From positions 8,143,051 through 8,207,050 of the forward strand of contig NC_057757.1 of the NCBI RefSeq assembly GCF_004010195.1: a stretch of 64,000 nucleotides of DNA. Direction: 5' to 3'. This DNA comes from Chiloscyllium plagiosum. Lineage: Eukaryota. The position numbers and the translations under genes are program-made. Below the pieces are notes generated by a model. That model was not told the origin of the DNA and searched no databases. It saw nothing but the letters and a program-made list of their open reading frames with translations. Positions within the stretch are counted from its first letter, which is position 1, and every line of letters starts with the position of its first letter. Below are positions 37,041 to 50,160 of the stretch, piece after piece.

Positions 37041-37903
37041 TTATATTGCGTTACTGATCTTTGCTCTGAACCGGGACAATGTTGCTGCATAAATAAATGT
37101 GTTTGTGCAACAGCTTAGGTTCCGCAGCATGAAACCAACCGCACTGAAGTGATCTAGAAAAGGCAAGTAATCGCCAGGATGGATTCCTTGAATGATATAA
37201 AATAAGAAATTCACAACAACAATTAACCAGAGGACGATGAAGATCCCAGAGATGGTGAAGAGCAAAATCACAGCCTTCCTTCTGCTCTCCATCTCTGGGT
37301 CTCTGTGATTCTCTCCTTTCCTCTCAGCCTTCAGCCTCTTCCGGACTTGACTGGTCACTAAAATGTGTCTGACTGTCAGAGCATTGAGCAACAGAATTAA
37401 AGCGAATGGCAGTAAAGGGGTTAACACTGAATCAAGCCAATCTAATACCACCCACCAAGTCTCAGTAAAGTAGCTTAACTTTGTTATACAGTCGAATGGC
37501 ACATTGTTGATTATCCTCATAGGCTCATATTCAAAAGCGAAGGGGATATTTTTCAGACAGAACAATGTGCAGGTTGTTGCCAGAACCACAGTCGCTGCTT
37601 TCTCAGTGCAATATTTTGTTCTTAGCTTCTGACAACAAATGGTCACAAATCGGTCAAAGGAGAAAGTGATGGTGAACCAGACAGAGCAGTCCGTGGCTGC
37701 ACGAGATAGTGCCCCAATAACACTGTACACAGGAGTGATGTTCAGGAAAGACTGCGGGTAATAATAGAAAGGTAATCTCCTCAGTATAACCTCAGTAATA
37801 ATGACCATCAGATCGGCAGCTGCCATAAACACCAGGTAACGGGTAGTGCAAGGAGAAACACCACAGTTTTGCCTGGAAAGGACTGTAACTGCTAGCAAAT
37901 TTA
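37041..37903 (-). CDS. GPR139-like: GPR139-like receptor C, coding exon 2 (spliced 309 aa); possibly compromised
   Basis: Acceptor tgtctcccacag|TA AAT; full 7TM ORF with DRF and NTFIY; C3.25->Y; TAA at 37041-37043 lies 13 codons before a second TAA at 37002. Confidence 0.88.
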
Positions 37904-39279
37904 CTGTGGGAGACAAATGGGAAAAGAAACAACAAATTATTGATCAGAAATACCCCGTATCCATTCCAGAGAGCAACAACAAGGTTTAACCAACAAATTC
38001 CCATGCACTGTGTGACTGGGAGTGGTTGGGTGTGAGTGAGTTTGAGTTTCAGACTTTAACATTCACTCCAGATTGTCATCCACCCCAGTCACTCGCGGGA
38101 TTCTAGAGTTTAGACAGATATTGAGCTCACACCACTCCTAGGAGAGCAGAAGGAAGTTTATGATTTCCTTTGGTTGCATGGTAAGGGACAGAACCCCATG
38201 AGATTCCTCAATCCCGAGTCAGTTATAGGACTAGCAATTGGACTGTCAATAATCCAAACTCTCCCCTTCTCCAGAGAAACAGTTATCCCCTGATCCTGTC
38301 ATTGGACTTAATCCTGATCAGAGCCATGGCAGGATTATAAAACAGGTCACCAGAATCTGTGTGAGATTTCAAACACAACTACACCATGTATCTTAAACAA
38401 GGGCAGTACAGCAGAGCATGCAGGACTCCTTTCATGACAATGTGGGAGTTTTAGGTTTACTGTGATATTTACACTGTAAATAAACCCACCAACATCTCAA
38501 TGTGGAGGGACCAGGAGGGCAATCTGTCAACATTTCAATCTCCTGACCAAAGCGTGTGAGGAGGAGAGAATATCCGGAAGCGATGGTCGATGAAACTTTA
38601 CAAATCAGAACAAGGCGCAAATTCTCCAATTCCTTTGCTTTGCCAAAAAAGAACAATCTGAGATTGAAAATTCCCAACTGATGCAGCATCCATGACTGTG
38701 TGTGTAAGAGAGTTCCAAACCTTTCCCATCCTTTGTGCACAGAAGAGCTTTCTGACATCTCTCCTGAACGCTCTCTGCCCCATTCACAGACTCTGATCCT
38801 TTGTTCGAAATCTGCAACCAGTAGAAACAGTTCATCTTTTCCTTTTAATATTTTGTTGGACTTCATTCAGATCATCCCTTAACCTTCAAAATTCTCGACC
38901 AACCTGGCTTCATTTACGTAATGAAATCAGAAGAAGCGCAGCAGGTCTAGAGCATCTGTGGGAGAGAGCACAGAGTTCGGGTCGAGTGACCCTTCTTCAG
39001 AACTAACCTGCCTGATCTCTCCTCATACCTTGAAGCCATAACAAACTGGAATAGATGACACAACACTGAGAACAGAAAATGATGCAGCAGCAGTGAAGTT
39101 GGGAGTCTCTTACAGTGTGGGATTGTACCGAGAATGCTGCTCAGTGAATTGCTGACACTGTCCCGGGGTCTGGATAAGGGTGACCAGTTAGTGAGCTGGA
39201 GGTGTTATTGTTCAAACGGTAAAACCAGAGAGCAGATCAACAGCAGATTAAGACAAGTTCAATTGTCATAGCGCCATAC

Positions 39280-39346
39280 CTGGGATGCCAGTAACAGCAA
39301 GGATGGTGTAGAACACCTTCTGCACATGATCAATTGGTCGATGCAT
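39280..39346 (-). CDS. GPR139-like: GPR139-like receptor C, coding exon 1 (MHRPIDHVQKVFYTILAVTGIP plus G)
   Basis: AAAATGC start; donor G|GTATGG; phase 1, in frame with exon 2; same intron position as genes B and E. Confidence 0.88.
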
Positions 39347-39433
39347 TTTCCTGTGCGAGGTGATCTGTCCCTTCAGGTAGCTGTAAAGTTCCTCGTTTGA
39401 AACTCTGAGCTGATGCATTCCCAGAGACGCTGC

Positions 39434-39439
39434 CTTATA
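39434..39439 (-). promoter_or_regulatory. TATA-like TATAAG upstream of gene C
   Basis: About 90 bp upstream of the ATG; conserved in gene E at 61432-61437. Confidence 0.45.
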
Positions 39440-40050
39440 CTGTGTGGAAGCTCCTTGGGGAGATCGAGGTGACAGCATTGCTCGGCTTTGTTGCTATTTT
39501 CACATTTCTGGAAATGAACAAACCCATTACAATAACAAGTGTAATCCTGATTACAGAGGTGGGTGTACATGATAATGAAATAACAAAAGCAGAATCTGGA
39601 ATCTGCCAGCAATAATGCTGTCCACTCAAACACCATGAGCCCTATCCCGAGATCACACCGTATTTCATGATGTGAAGGTGCTGGTGTTTGAATGGGGTGG
39701 ACACGTTCAACCTGTTGAACGAGAACCTGGTGTTGTGTGATTTTTGACAAATTATTTCAAGTGATGCTGCATCGAGACAGTTCATTCCAAGTGTGAACAT
39801 ATGTCTCTGAGCTGTCCTTCTGTACTCTAGGGTAGGAGCTGCCCACTTTAAACAAGAACATTTTACTCACTAAGTGAAATGTGATTCCTCTCACACACTG
39901 AATGTGTACATCACTGCGAGGTCAGCATTTATTCCCCATTCCCAATTTTCCGGGATCTGGAGCCCCATGAAGGTTGAAGTAAGGACAACATACTGCCTTT
40001 CCTGAGGGAAGGGGTCTCAGTGAACAAGATGGACCTCCAACAATGGGGAC

Positions 40051-42145
40051 GTCACTGACCTCCCTCTTACTGTTACTGTCCATCAGACACATCAATGACC
40101 TCCCCCTTACTGTCACTGTCCATCAGATACATCACTGACCTCCCCCTTACTGTCACTGTCCATCAGATCCATCACTGACCTCCCTCTTACTGTCCCTCTC
40201 CATCAGATACATCACTGACCTCCCCCTTACTGTCACTGTCCACCAAATACATCACAGACCTCCCCCTTACTGTCACTGTCCATCAGATACATCACTGACC
40301 ACCCCTTTACTGTCACTGTCCATCAGATACATCACTGACCACCCCTTTACTGTCACTGTCCATCAGATACATCACTGACCACCCCTTTACTGTCACTGTC
40401 CATCAGATACATCACTGACCACCCCTTTACTGTCACTGTCCATCAGATACATCACTGACCACCCCTTTACTGTCACTGTCCATCAGATACATCACTGACC
40501 ACCCCTTTACTGTCACTGTCCATCAGATACATCACTGACCACCCCTTTACTGTCACTGTCCATCAGATACATCACTGACCACCCCTTTACTGTCACTGTC
40601 CATCAGATACATCACTGACCTCCCCCTTACTGTCACTGTCCATCAGATACATCACTGACCTCCCCCTTACTGTCACTGTCCATCAGATACATCACTGACC
40701 TCTCCCTCACTATTACTGTCCATCAGATCCATCACTGACTTCCCCCGTACTGTTACTCTCCATCAGATGCATCACGGACCTCCCCCTTACTGTCACTGTC
40801 CATCAGATACATCACTGACCTCCCACTTACTGTCACTGTCCATCAGATACATCACTGACCTCTCCCTCACTATTACTGTCCATCAGATCCATCACTGACA
40901 TCCCCCTGACTGTCACTGTCCCTCTACATACATCACTGACCTCCCTCTCACTGTCACAGTCCATGAGATACATCACTGACCTCCCCCTTACTATTACTCT
41001 CCATCAGATACATCACTGACCTCCCCCTTACTGTCACTGTCCATTAGATACATCACTGACCTCCCACTTACTGTCACTGCCCATCAGATACATTACTGAC
41101 CTCCCCCTCACTGTCACTGTCCATCAGATACATCACTGACATCCCCCTGACTGTCAATGTCCCTCTACATACATCACTGACATCCCCCTCACTGTCACAG
41201 TCCATCAGATACATCACTGACCTCCCCCTTACTGTCCCTCTCCATCAGAGACATCACTGACCTCCCCTTACTGTCACTGTCCATCAGACACATCACTGAC
41301 CTCCCCCTTACTGTCACTGTCCATCAGATGCATCACTGACCTCCCCTTACTGTTACTGTCCATCAGATACATCACTGACCTCCCCCTTACTGTCACTGTC
41401 CATCAGATACATCACTGACCTACCCCTTACTGTCACTGTCCATCCAGATACATTACTGACCTCCACCTTACTGTCACTGTCCATCAGATACTTCACTGAC
41501 CTCCCCCTTACTGTCACTGTCCATCAGTTACATCACTGACCTCCCCCTTACTGTCACTGTCCATCAGATACATCACTGACCTCCCCCTTACTGTCACTGT
41601 CCGTCAGGTACATCCCTGACCTCTCCCTCACTGTCACTGTCCATCAGATACATCACTGACCTCCCTCTCACTGTCACTGTCCATCAGATATATCACTGAC
41701 CTCCACCTTACAGACACTGTCTGTCAGATACATCACTGACCTCCCCCTTACTGTCATTGTCCATCAGATACATCACTGACCTCCAACTTACTGTCACAGT
41801 CCATCAGATACATCACTGACCTCCCCCTTACTGTCACTGTCCATCAGGTACATCCCTGACCTCCCCCTCACTGTCACTGTCCATCAGATACATCACTGAC
41901 CTCCCTCTTACTGTCACTGTCTGTCAGATACATCACTGACCTCCCCCTCACTGTCACTGTCCATCAGATATATCACTGACCTCCCCCTTACTGACACTCT
42001 CTGTCTGATACATCACTGACCTCCACCTTACTGTCACTGTCCATCAGATATATCACTGACCTCCCTCTTACTGTCACTGTCCATCAGATACATCACTGAC
42101 CTCCCCCTTACTGTCACTGTCCATCCAGATACATCACTGACCTTC
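40051..42145 (-). repeat. 40-bp minisatellite, about 52 copies, reverse complement of the 11328-13592 array
   Basis: Unit catcagatacatcactgacctcccccttactgtcactgtc; more degenerate than the left array. Confidence 0.98.
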
Positions 42146-42592
42146 CTCTGATCATTTCATCTACAGCAGCTAACAAGGAAGGCAAATGGAGTTTGGACAT
42201 TTATTATAAACAGAATAGAGTATAAAGGTCGGGGAGTGTTGCTGCAAGTGTAGAAGGCAGGAGAACAATCTCAGCTGGAGTTTTGCAAACAATTTTGGGA
42301 TATAATTGCTTTGGAGACAGCTCAGTGGAAGATCATGAGAGAATTCCAGAGATGAAGATGCTGTCTATTTCCTCCTTAAAACAAGTTCGACAACTCCAAC
42401 GGGAATGATCTGAATGAATGTGCCCAGGTGTCACCAATACTGAAACGGTCAAATCAGTACAAACATGAGCCAATTCCCATGTACACAGTCCCATCTTTAT
42501 CAGGAAACATGTTACAATACCCTTTAATTACAGGCATGCTTTCTGTAATCTTACTGGTGCTTTAAGTCCTGAGTCGCTTGGAGATATACGCA

Positions 42593-42825
42593 ATCTCTCT
42601 CTCTCTGCCTCTCACTCTCTCTGTCTCAGTGTCTCTATCTTTCTCTCTCTCTGTCTCTCTGGCTCTGTCTCTGTCTGTCTGGCCCTCTCTCTCACACACA
42701 CTCTGCCTCTCTCACTGTCTCTCTCTGTCTCTATCTCTCTGACTCTCTTTCTCTCCCTCTCTCTATGTGTCTCTCTCTCTCTGGGTCTGTGAAGCTGGTT
42801 TCTCTCTCCCTCACTCTCTCTCTGG
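42593..42825 (+). repeat. (CT)n-rich low-complexity tract
   Basis: Direct inspection. Confidence 0.9.
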
Positions 42826-43029
42826 GTGATCAGCTGGTCTCTGGTTGGTCAGCTGGTCTCTGACCCTTGCCGTGCTGGTCTCCTCAGAACGCCTCCAGAA
42901 GATTTAAGAAAACCGTCTGCAGGTGAACCCTGTGTTTGTGCCTTGGTCGATGGTTTTTCATAACGTTCTATAGTTCGGACCAATCCGGAATATCCGTTAA
43001 TCGTCTGAAACACTGTCAATCACAGACAT

Positions 43030-43400
43030 CGATGAGAGTGGTCCTGAGGGAAAAGTACGAAACTGGGCCAAGGCCAATTATATCAACATTTGACAGGAGG
43101 TGGGAAATGAGGATTGGGAGCAGCTATTTGAAGGGAAGTCCACATTTGCTGTGTGCGAGGCTTTCAAAGATAGGTTGAAGATAGTGTAGGATAGGCATGC
43201 CCCTTTGAAAACAAAGGATAGAAAATACAAGATTCCTGAACTGTGGATGACAGGAGAAATGGTGCGACTAGCCAAGAGGAAAAGGAAAGTGTACATAAGG
43301 TCCATGCGGCGAAGAACAGAATCGGCCTTGGAGGAATATCAGGAGGGTGGGACCAATCTTAAACGAGGAATCAATTGGGCGAAAAGGGCTCATGAAATTA
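43030..43400 (+). mobile_element. CR1 ORF2 fragment
   Basis: PELWMTGEMVRLAKRKRKVY...RGINWAKRAHE. Confidence 0.7.
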
Positions 43401-44771
43401 CTCCTCCCCCTCCCAGCTTGCTCTCTCTTCCCCACAATGTCCCCTCCCTGTGATCTCCTTTGCCCCCTCACCCTGCTGTCTGTCTCCCCTCCCCCATGTT
43501 CTCTTTATCCCATCATCCCTGTGTTCCCTCTCTCACCCAAGTTTCCTTCCCCCGCGATCTGTTTCTGCAATCCCCGCAGCCTCGTAATGCCCTGCTTCCC
43601 CCAAAAATGTTTACTCCCTCCCTCAAATTTATGTCCCTTCCTTCCCTCCCTCTGTAACTAAAGCATATAAGGAGTTGGGGGAGAGAGCCGTGCTGTTGTA
43701 CAATGTGTTGGCAGCAGTGTGAGCCGTAAGGCTTTGGTTCGGGAGGTTTCAGAGAGCAGCGGCTCAGTTAAAAATCCAGGGAAGCTCCGGTAATGTTCTT
43801 TTAACACTCCGTTTCAGTCTGGCAGCAGCTGAGATGGCAGTTAGGGCAGGAATCCCCTGTGGCCATTGCCCTCGCAAACAAGTATCCCGTTTGGGAACCT
43901 GTTGGGGGCGGGTGGGGTGGGTGTGTTACTGTTCAGGGGAAAGCAGCAGTATCCCGGATTTACACTGTAAATCTACCCACCAACATCTCAATGTGGAGGG
44001 ACCAGGAGGGCAATCTGTCAAAATTTCAGTCTCCTGACCAAAGCATGTGAGGAGGAGGAGAGAATTTCCAGGAGGGATGGTAGATGAAATTTTACAAATC
44101 AAAGCAAGGTGAAAATCTTTCAATTCCTTTGATTTGCAAAATAAAAAGAACAATTTCAGATTGAAAATTCCCAACTGATGTAGTGTCCATGACTGTGTGG
44201 AAGAGAGTTCCAAGTCTTTCCCATCTTCTGTGCATAGAACAGCTTCCAAACATCTCTCCTGAACACTCTCGGCCCTCAGTCTCAGACGATGGTGTTTCAT
44301 TCTGGAATGTCCAACCAGTGCAAATAGTTTATCTTTTCTTTTAATAGCTTGTCAGTCTTCACTCAGATCATCCCTTAACCTTTGAAATTCTCAATCAACC
44401 AGGCTTCATTTACAGAATGAAAGCAGAAATAGTTCAGCTGGTTTGGCAACATCTGTGGGAGAGAGCACAGAGCTAACGTTTCGGGTGAAGTGATCCTTCT
44501 TCAGAACTAACTTGCTGACCTCTCCTCATACCTTCAAGCCATATGAAACTGGAACAGATGATAGAACGCTGAGACCAGAAAATGCTGCAGCAGCAGTGAA
44601 GTTGGGAGTCTCTGTCAGTGTAGGATTGTACCGAGAATGCTGCTCAGTGAATTGCTGTCACTGTCCCGGGGTCTGGATAAGGGTGACCAGTTAGTGAGCT
44701 GGAGGTGTTATTGTTCAAAAGGTAAAACCAGAGAGCAGATCAAGACAAGTTCAATTGTCATAGCACCATAC

Positions 44772-44838
44772 CTGGGATGCCAGTAACAGCAAGGATGGTG
44801 TAGAACACCTTCTGCACGTGATCAATTGGTCGATGCAT
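44772..44838 (-). pseudogene. Gene D: duplicated exon 1 of receptor C with no exon 2 of its own (orphan or alternative first exon)
   Basis: Encodes the identical MHRPIDHVQKVFYTILAVTGIP with an intact GTATGG donor; intron homology to gene C ends at about 43960. Confidence 0.85.
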
Positions 44839-44927
44839 TTTTCTGTGCGAGGTGACCTGTCCCTTCAGGTAGCTGACAAGCTCCTTGTTTGAGACTCTGA
44901 GCTGATGCATTCCCAGAGACGCTGCCT

Positions 44928-45095
44928 TTTAGATTACTTACAGTGTGGAAACAGGCCCTTCGGCCCAACAAGTCCACACCGCCCCGCCGAAGCGCAACCC
45001 ACCCATTCCCCTACATCTACCCCTTACCTAACACTACGGGCAATTTAGCATGGCCAATTCACCTGACCTGCACATCTTTGGACTGTGGGAGGAAA
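44928..45095 (-). mobile_element. V-SINE/HE1-type SINE 3' part at the TATA-like site of promoter D
   Basis: ttagattacttacagtgtggaaacaggccc...gcatggccaattcacctgacctgcacatctttggactgtgggagga; runs into a gap. Confidence 0.8.
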
Positions 45096-45459
45096 NNNNN
45101 NNNNNNNNNNNNNGGGGGTTACATGATAATGAAATAACAAAAGCAGAATCTGGAATCTGCCAGCAATAACGCTGTCCACTCAAACACCATGAGCCCCATC
45201 CCGAGATCACACCCTATTTCATGAACAAAGGTGCTGGTGTGGGAGTGGGGTGGACAAGTTTAACCTGTTGGACTGGAACCTGGTGTTGTGTGATTTTTAA
45301 CAAATTATTTCAATTGATGCTGCATCGAGACAGTTAATTCCAAGTGTGAACATATGTCTCTGAGCTGTCCTTCTGTACTCTAGGGTAGGAGCTTCCCACT
45401 TTATACAAGAACATTTCACTCACTGATTGAAATGTGATTCTTCTCACACACTGAATTGT

Positions 45460-45968
45460 CTAAAGGTGGAAGATGAGGCGTTATTCCTCCAGGTATCAGG
45501 TGCTGAGGGAGTGGCGATAGATGAGGCCCAGGACCTGCATGTCCTCAGCAGAGTGTGACAGCGAATTGAAATGTTCAGCCACAGGATGAACTCTTCAACC
45601 CTATAGCATCAATGTGGACTTCACCAGTTTCCTCATTTCTCCTCCCCCTACCTAACCTCAGTTCCAACCTTCCAGCTCAGCACTGCCCTCATGACTTGTC
45701 AATCTTCCTTCCCACCTGTCCACTTCACCCTCCTCTCCGACCTATCACCTTTTCCCCCACCTCCGTCCAACTAGTGCACTCTCAGCTACCTTCTCCCTAG
45801 CCCCACACTCCTTTCATTTACCTCTACACTCCAAGGCTCCCATTTTCTTTCCTGATAATGGGCTTTTGCCTGAAATATCGATTTTCCTGCTCCTCGGGTG
45901 CTGCCTGTCCTGCTGTGCGTTTCCAGCATCACTCTAATCTTGACTCTAATCTCCAGCATCTGCAGTAC
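45460..45968. mobile_element. Penelope-like fragments in both orientations
   Basis: 45460-45585 matches the 28740-28865 GIY-YIG tail; 45590-45968 is the opposite-strand terminal region with a degenerate hammerhead-like core at about 45852-45880. Confidence 0.7.
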
Positions 45969-46704
45969 CCAGTTCCACCTGGTTCCTCCTTCAAACAAGT
46001 TCAACAATTCGAACCGGAATGTTCTGAATGCATGTGTCCAGGTGTTACCCAGTACTGAAAGAGTCAAATCAGTGCAAACATGAGCCAATACCAATATATA
46101 CAGTCCCTTCTTCATCAGGAAACATGTTACAACACCCTTTAATTACAGACATACTGTATTAGATTACAGACTAATCCTGTTTGACCCCTTAAGTCCTGAA
46201 TCCCTCGGCGATTTACGAAGTCTCTCTCTACCCCCTCTCTCTCTGGCTGTGTCTCGCGTTCTGCAAAGCTTCTTTCTCTCTCCCTCACTCATCAGCTGGT
46301 CTCTGGTTGGTCAGCTGGTCTCCGCCCCTTGCCACGCTGGTCTCCTTGGAACACCTCCAGAGGATTTCAGAAATCCATCTGCAGGTGAATCCTGTTTTTG
46401 TTTCTTTCTCAGAACGCTTGAGAGTTCTGACCACTCGGGAGAATCCATTAAAAGTCTGAGACATTGTCTGTCGTTTGGATGGCATGTTCCTGATGGTTTC
46501 GTTGTATCATAGGCCCCAGTGCCTTTCTGTCTGGGCCCTCCGTTGTTTGATGGGTAAGTTGTTGGGGATGTGTCTGTCAGTGTCCATCAATGTTTTAGCA
46601 GCCAAGTGGCCTGCTACATTTCCCCTCCCCACACTCTCCTTTCCCCCCCCTCCCCACACTCTCCTTAATCACCGCACTCTCCTTTCTCCCCCCTCCCCCC
46701 CCCC

Positions 46705-46737
<33 letters not shown>

Positions 46738-47026
46738 ACTCAACCACACACACACACTTTCCCCCAGCCAGCATGCTCTCACTTACCCACAATGTCTCCT
46801 ACCTGTGATCTCCCTTGCCCCATTTCCTCTGTTGTCCGTCTCCCCTCCCCCTTGTTCTCTTTATCCCAGCATCCCTGTGTTCTCTCTCTCCCCAAGTCTC
46901 CTTCCACCCGCGATCCCCGCAGCCTTGTAATGCCATGCTTTCCCCGAAACCGTATACCCCCCCTCAAATGTATGTCCCCTCCTTTCCCCTCTAACTAAAG
47001 TGGGGGAGCGAGCCGTGCTGTTGGAC

Positions 47027-50000
47027 GCAGGTGAGTGTATGGCTGAAGAGTTAGTGCAGGGTGCAGGGATTCAGATGGTGCGATCATTGGGATCTTTTCT
47101 GGGGCAGAGGAGAACTGTCTAAGAGGGACGGGTTACACCTGAACTGGAAGGGGACCAATATCTTGGCGGCCAGGTTTGCTCATGCTCCAAGGGAGGGTTT
47201 AAACTAGATTGGCAGGGGGGTGGGATCTTCAACAGCAGGGAGGCAAGTGTGAGGCTCAAGGAGATACAGTAATCAGAAAGAGGAAATTGAAGAGACAGGT
47301 CAGACTGGAACGTGACAGGGAGCGAGGAATACCTAGTGGATTAAATTGCATCTACTTCCATGTAAGAGGGCTGACAGGGAAGGCTGATGAACTCAGGGAG
47401 TGGGTAGGTACATGGAATTGGGAGATTGTACCCGTTACAGAAACATGGCTAAGGGAGGGACAGGACTGGCAGCTTAACGTACCAGGGTACAGAAGCATCA
47501 GGTGAGACAGAGGGGGTGGATGGAGGGGAGGGGGAGTTACATTTTTGATTAAGCTGAGTATCACAGCAGAAATCAGATGAAATAACTGAAGGGTCATCCA
47601 GTGAGGCTTTGTGGCTGGAGCCAAGAAATAAAAAGGGGATGGTGATGTTATTGGGGCTGTACTATATGATCCCAAATATTCAACGTGAATTGAAGGAACA
47701 AATATGCAGGGAGACTGGGGAGACTTGCAGGAGCAATAGAGTTGACATAGATTTTAATTTTCAGATCATAAACTGGGAATGCCATAACGTTAAGGGCTGA
47801 GATGGGGTGGAATTTGTTAAGTACATTCAGGAAGCTTTCCCCATGCAGTATATCAAGGGTTCTACTCAGGAAGGGACAAACCTCGATCTCCTTTTGGGAA
47901 ATGGGGCAGGACAGGTCACAGAGGGGACACAGAACATAGAGCAGTGGGGAAACACTTTGTGACCAGTGACCACCGTTCCATTCATTTCACAATAGTTATG
48001 CAGAGGGACCAAACTTGTCCTCCGGTTCAAGTTCTGAATTGGGCGAAGGTGAATTTTAATGGAATTAGACAGGAGCCTACAGGGGTTGACTGGAGCAGTT
48101 TGTTTTCAGGTTCAGGGAACTCCGGCAAGTGGGAGGCTTTTAAAAGCGAGATTGCGAGATTCCAGGGTCTGTCATGTTCCTGTGAGTTTGAAAGACATGA
48201 TTGGCAGGAATGAGGAACCCTGAATGACAAGAGATATTGAGGCTTTCACTTGAAAAAATGTCGGAGTGGCTCAGATAGAGGCAGGTGGGATCAAGGGACC
48301 CCTGGAGGTACAAAGGGGATACAGGAGTTTACTGGAGAAGGAAACCAGGAGGGTCAAAAGACAGCAGGAGATAGGCTGGGCTGAGATGATTAGGATGAAT
48401 TGAAAGAGGTACTTCAAGTGTATTAAATGGGAAAGACTAACTCGAGAGAGAATAGGGCCCCTCAAGGACCAAAGTGGTCATGTCTGTGTAGAACTGCAGG
48501 AGATGGGTGAGGTCCTCAATGAACATTTCTCCTCTGTGTTGACCATGGAGAAAGACATGAAGACTTGGGAATTTGAAGAAGTTAGTGGTGATACCTTGCG
48601 GACAGTCCAGATCTCAGTAGAGGAGGAGTTAGATGTATTAGAAAGTGTAAAAATGGATAAATCTCCTGGTCCTGACCATAAATCTATATATATGTTAAAA
48701 AAAACACTAAGAGGTGATAGAAGAAATTGCAGGGGCCCTGGCTGATATTTTTGCATCATCGTTAACCACGGGCGAGGTCCTTGAAAACTGGAGGGTAGCG
48801 AATATTGTGCCATTATTCAAGAAGGGCTACAGAAATAAACGTGTAAACTATCGGCCAGTAAACCTAACATCTGGGGTGGGTAAGTTACTTGAGAAGATTC
48901 TGAGGGATAAGAAATACATGCGTTTGGAAAATCAGAGTTTGATTTGGAGTAGTCAGCATGGCTTTGTGAATGGGAGACCGTGCCTCACAGATTTGTTGGT
49001 GTTCTTTGATGAAGTGACCAGGAAAGTTGACAAGGGCAGGGCAGAAGACATAGTCCATATGGATTTCAGGAAAGCCTTTGGAATCGAGAGGGAGCTGGAT
49101 AGACAATTAGCTTGATGGCAGGAAGCAGAGGATGCTTGTCAGACTGGAGTGCCTCAGGGATTGGTGCTGCACCCATTGCTGTTTGTTATTGATATCAATG
49201 TTTTGGATGAGAACGTACAAGGGCATAATTAGCAAGCTTGCAGATGACATTAAGATAGTCTATCATGGACTGTGAGGAAGGTTTTCAGAAATTGCAGCAG
49301 GACCTTGATCATCTGGGGAGTGGGCTGAGAAATGGCAAATAGAGTTTAATATAGATAACTGTGAGATCTTGCACTTTGGAAAGTCAAATCAAGAGAGGAG
49401 TTTCATGGTGAATGGCAGGGCCTTAAGGAGTGTAGTAGCACAGAGGTACTTTGGAGTTCAGGTACACTGTTCTGAGAAAGTGGACTCACAGGTAGACAGG
49501 GCAGTGAAGAAAACTTTGGACACACTGGCCTTCATCAGTCAGGAAACTGGGTATAGAAGTTGGGGAGTTACGTTGCAGTTATAAAGGACGTTGGTGAGGC
49601 TGCAATTGGAGTATTGTGTTCAGTTTTGATCACCTTGCTGTAAGAAGGATGTTATTCAGCTGGAAAGACTGTAGAAGAATTTTACAAGGATGTTGTCTGG
49701 ACACAACGGTCTGAGTTATAGGGAGAGGTTGGACAAGCTCAAACTTTATTCTTTAACGCGTAGCAGACTGAGGAGTTGGGGGGTGAGTTGTAGACATGTA
49801 TAAGATCATGACAGGCATGGATTGGGTCAATACCCACCGTCTTGTTTTGGGAGGGTTGGGAATTGTGGACAAGAGGACATCACTTTAAGGTTAATGGGGA
49901 AAGAATAAAAGGGAAACAGAGGGTTAACGTTTTTACACAGAGGGTGGTACGCATATGGAATTAGCTGTCAGCGGCAGTGTTTGAAGCGGGTACATTAACA

Positions 50001-50160
50001 ACATTTAAAAGCAATTTGGACAAATACATGGAGAGGGAAGGATTAGAAGGATGTGAGCCAAGTGCAGGGCAATGGGGTTAGCGGGGATGGACACTTTATT
50101 GGCACGGACCAGTTTGGGCCAAAGGCCCTGTCTCTGTGCTGTTGGACTCCATGATTCAAC
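47027..50160 (+). mobile_element. Long decayed CR1 LINE; inverted segmental-duplicate partner of 21700-25675
   Basis: Same internal junctions and the same unique 3' flank as the left copy; IVPVTETWLREGQDWQLNVPGY, SQHGFVNGRPCLTDLL. Confidence 0.9.

Noticed and set aside
46475..46930. Poly-proline ORF
   Set aside because: Derived from a poly-C tract and pyrimidine-rich low-complexity sequence.
47027..50160. Active full-length LINE
   Set aside because: Numerous stops, frameshifts and internal deletions; no intact ORF2 was seen anywhere in the window.
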